Below, one piece after another: positions 60,441 to 64,000 of a stretch of DNA of 64,000 nt (positions within the stretch are counted from its first letter, which is position 1; every line of letters starts with the position of its first letter). The DNA is from Psammoneis japonica (Eukaryota). The stretch is taken from contig QPGO01000027.1 in NCBI GenBank assembly GCA_008632985.1, positions 434,001-498,000 on the forward strand, given 5' to 3'. Both the position numbers and the translations under genes were made by a program. The notes under the pieces are model-generated. The model was not told the origin of the DNA. It worked only from the letters and a program-made list of their open reading frames with translations, and searched no databases.

Positions 60441-61202
60441 ATGAACATCGCTATCGAATTCAACAACTATGGTACAGCCTTTCATGGAGTTGGAAAAAGA
60501 ACGGAAGCATGTGTCATGTTCCAAGCAGCTCTAGAGGTCATGACGATTCTTTCTAAATACAACGGAGAGGAAGAGATCTCCTCCCGTATCGACGAGATTA
60601 TGAAGAACAGATTTGTCCAAGAAGCCATGGGTTTGCTGCAAACACCGTATCAAGATGAAAGAACCAACGAATCATGCATGGCTACACCAACTCAGCATGA
60701 CGAACACCAAGGCTCTCCAACGACGTTGCAATCTCCCGATTGTCCTTTCATTTTCAGAAGGCCGTTCAAGATGAAACTAGCGTGTCTCATCAAGAAAAGC
60801 AACTCAGACACGTTCAAGCTGGTGGTCTCGGCCGTAATTCTATACAACACGGCTTTGATGGGCCACATCAAGTGGCTCGAAGGACCGCTTTCTTTCCGAG
60901 CAATCCAGTCTGCTCTCAGGTTCTACCAAATGGCGTGTGACATTGTGGAGCAGGAGCAACTAGAAGGGTACTTATTCCACGTACATCTAGCGCTTCTCAA
61001 TAACATCGCCCAAATCAACTTTCTTCTCGGCAACTATGACCTTTCCAAAACATACATGGAAGAGTTGCGAAGGGAAATATCAGTCCATTGCGAACGATCC
61101 GCCAGCTCCTTTTCGACATTCTCCAACGAGAATGTGGTGTTACAGGAGTTTTTATTGAATGTTGTCTTGCTGAAGTCACCATCACTAGCAGCGGCAGCGT
61201 AG
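60441..61202 (+). CDS. Helical/TPR-like protein of a family commonly expanded in diatoms
   Basis: FNNYG..., SAVILYNTAL..H, ALRFYQMA, ALLNN.AQI and terminal AAAA pattern. Confidence 0.7.
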   Translation: MNIAIEFNNYGTAFHGVGKRTEACVMFQAALEVMTILSKYNGEEEISSRIDEIMKNRFVQEAMGLLQTPYQDERTNESCMATPTQHDEHQGSPTTLQSPDCPFIFRRPFKMKLACLIKKSNSDTFKLVVSAVILYNTALMGHIKWLEGPLSFRAIQSALRFYQMACDIVEQEQLEGYLFHVHLALLNNIAQINFLLGNYDLSKTYMEELRREISVHCERSASSFSTFSNENVVLQEFLLNVVLLKSPSLAAAA

Positions 61203-61336
61203 CTAAACCGATCGGGGAAGTAAATTACATCTTCGATATTAAATGTAAGTTTCATATATTAGATTCTAAAAAATGGAGTTCGACTATTCTAATACATCTT
61301 TAAAGAGATGTTTCAATATACGAGTAGTCTTGTCTA

Positions 61337-62589
61337 CTAGATGCTCTCCCAGCAATCCTTTTGAGCACCCCACACTTTCTCGGCAGACTCAACAAAGCCC
61401 TTCTCCTCACTTGGAGTAAGAGGCAAGTCAACGACACGACGGACGCCGTTGTAGCCCAAGAGGCAAGGAAGACTGAGAAAAACATCGTGCTTGATACCAA
61501 AGGATTCCCGAACGCAGGTGGAAAGGGGAACAATCGATCGCGTATCGTTCAAGACAATGTTCGCAATGTACGCTGCAGTCAGTCCGACGGACCAGTTGGT
61601 GTATCCCTTGCGCTTGATGACATCCCCGGCGGAATTGACAACCTCAGCGTGCATCGCCTTGTGTATATCTTGAGGTTCTTCTCCCGATGGAATCATTTGC
61701 AACCCACCGATACGCACAGAACTCCATGCCGCAACCGAAGAATCGCCGTGCTCACCAATGATGTAGCCGTGAACGGACTTGGCATCGATTCTGACGGCCT
61801 TGCCAATCAAAGAACGGAGACGGCTTGAATCCAAACAGGTACCACTACCAAAGATACGACCTGGTGGAATAGATGGACCAGCAATCTTGGCGGCCACTAG
61901 ATTTCACAAAACGGTAAGCAGTAAATTTTTCAGCCGAGAGAACCAACGACATGCATCAAAAGATATCTCTGACAATCGACTTACCAGCCGTCATGATGTC
62001 ACACGGGTTCGAGACAATGCAAATCGGCGCATCCGGAGAAAATTCCAGTACCTTGGGGATGCTGAAGCATAGGTTTCAGATTATCAAAAACAGAACCTTG
62101 AGCCTAGAAATGTGACACCAATAAAAAAGAATCTTCTGGAAGTACTTACATGGATTTCATGATTTTAACATTGCGTTCCAACAACGAAAGACGGGATTCT
62201 CCAACTCGCTGGGCGACACCAGCGGTAACAATGACAAGGTGAGAATCCTGCGTAATACCATAGTCAGTGCTGGCCAAGATTCTGACAGTCTTGTGAAAGG
62301 CCGACCCCTGACGCAAATCCTTGGCCTCGCCCTCGAGCTTTTCCCCATTCATATCCACGAGCGCAATCGCACCAGCCGTTTCTTGATTCAAAATGGAAAA
62401 TGCAATAGCCATACCCACTTGACCACAACCGATAATTGAAACCTTTTTGTGCGTCGACTTGTGCTTCGGATCCGTGTGTTTCACAGGCGCTACATCGGCT
62501 GAATAAGGACGAGGATTACGTGCTTCGGAGGAATCGGCGGTCTTTTCGACGTATTCCTGCAACGCCTCCTCAAAGCTGACTTCATGCAT
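61337..62589 (-). CDS. LDH: L-lactate dehydrogenase; exons 62589-62150, 62061-61985 and 61896-61337
   Basis: IIGCGQVG, VTAGVAQRVGESRL (Gln specificity residue), VSNPCD, GSGTCLDSSR, GEHGDS and KGYTNW motifs. Confidence 0.95.
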
Positions 62590-62997
62590 GATTGCGATTA
62601 GGGAAGCTATTTCTCAACTGACACTTCGCAGATGCAGACACAAGATGCCGAAATCACAATCTTTCTCGTTCTCACGTGTTTTCTGAGCAAGAATCTCATT
62701 GTGACGAAGTCTTCGTCGTGCCTTTGGCGCGAAAATGAAGCTAACCCGGATGTAAAAAGGTGACGTAGCTTGACCAATCGCATCTGTCCGCCGCCAGCCC
62801 GTACTAAGGTACGTACATCCGAGGAATTCTTCGTCCGCCCGCCGCCACCTCATTTTTTGGCGCGAAGTGCCCATCATCCGTCCATCATCGTGTTGAAGGT
62901 GGTGCGTTTCGCTACTAAGGTTACTGCAACTCTGGACACCTCAGACCCCACCCTTTGGGAACCTCTATATGTTCCGCCATATCCTTATTGCTTCATA

Positions 62998-64000
62998 ATG
63001 ATGAGTAGAACGTTTTTGGCTGCTTTGATGAGTGGTCTTCTGCTGCTTTCTCGAACGGAAAATGGGGATCAGCGTTTGTCCCAAGACCGCAAATAATGCA
63101 CCGACGCTTATTTTCAGCACCACCGAGTTGTCACAGCATGGTTGCAGGATTGGGGTGCGATTCTAACGTTCAAAAGGCGGGATGGAATCTATATGCCACT
63201 TCGACTCCAGAGGACACAGTAGGTCTTGAGGCACTGTCGTATGATTCAGAAGCAACCGATGACGAATCATCTGACGATTTTGATGAAGAAGAAAACGAGG
63301 AGCTAATAACTGAATTCAAACTATGGTCCAAGGCTGTAAAAAAGGCGATTAAAGTCTTGAAGAAGAAGCAGGCTTCATTACAATCCGAATGGACCAAGGC
63401 ACAAAATGTGGAGTCAACGAGTGCGCGAGCTCAACTCTTGGTGAACAATCTGTACCTTTTCACTTCACCCAGTGTCACCAGTGTTACTGTTCAAGACTGG
63501 GAAAACGATGGAAAGATGTTGAGCTGACATTGGACTCTCAGTACGAGTCTGCTTCGGCAGAAGCAGACGCACTCTTTGAGCAGGTGCGGAAACTTAAACG
63601 GGGATCACAAATTGTATCGAAACTGCTAGAGGAAGCATCCGATGCCCTGGAGCTCTTGACTGAAATTGAAATGGACTTGCTCGCATGTGAGACAGCCGAA
63701 GGAATTCACGAGGGAAGATTTCGTTTGATTCAAGATCGACTGGAACGAACGAGATCCACAACACAATTGAAATACCATCTTTCCAAGAACCAACTGCACA
63801 AAAGAAAAAGACGTCAAACTCTGTGGCCCGAAGAAGAGGGTATCACCTGATTCCAATGTTCGTAAGCTAACATCTCCGGGTGGGTGTCCGGTTTGGGTCG
63901 GTCGCAATCGACGTGGCAACGAGTACCTGTCCTTTCAAGTAGGACGAGGGCAGGATGTGTGGATGCACGCTCGTGGTTGTCCTGGAGCACATGTTATCGT
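62998..64000 (+). CDS. NFACT/FbpA(RqcH)-like protein with NFACT-R domain, plastid-type presequence; several apparent frameshifts; runs off the window
   Basis: VWVGRNRRGNEYLSF....DVWMHARGCPGAHV. Presequence GSAFVP appears after a frame correction near 63065; further shifts near 63513 and 63770-63845. Confidence 0.78.

Overview
Eukaryotic, gene-dense nuclear DNA, most likely from a pennate diatom. The evidence is short GT-AG introns, plastid presequences of the ASAFAP type, an RXL-processed silaffin-like protein and CoDi-type Copia elements. About 22 host genes and one tRNA-Asp alternate with five sharply bounded degenerate domains: about 1-3600, 13300-15530, 17640-26850, 29540-32750 and 46150-51050, roughly a third of the window. 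Host genes include CDKC, RNase Z, SLC26, a MYB protein, TruA, GT31, Nudix, a silaffin-like protein, DUF1995, a GST-N protein, an ACC-synthase-like enzyme, NAA50, TAF8-like, an SDR, a phosphagen kinase, LDH and NFACT. The most striking signal is in the degenerate domains: they have lost CpG, as expected from 5mC decay, but also almost all TpA, with both converted to TpG/CpA. Conserved Tyr codons of transposon proteins read as Cys/His, and two sister LTRs differ by CA<->TG swaps and one TA/CA site. This points to a repeat-targeted, RIP-like but opposite-polarity (TpA-destroying) hypermutation process. An intact Crinkler/RHS-like NTPase-nuclease gene sits unmutated between two such domains. All counts are by eye and all homology calls are from motif recognition, not database searches.
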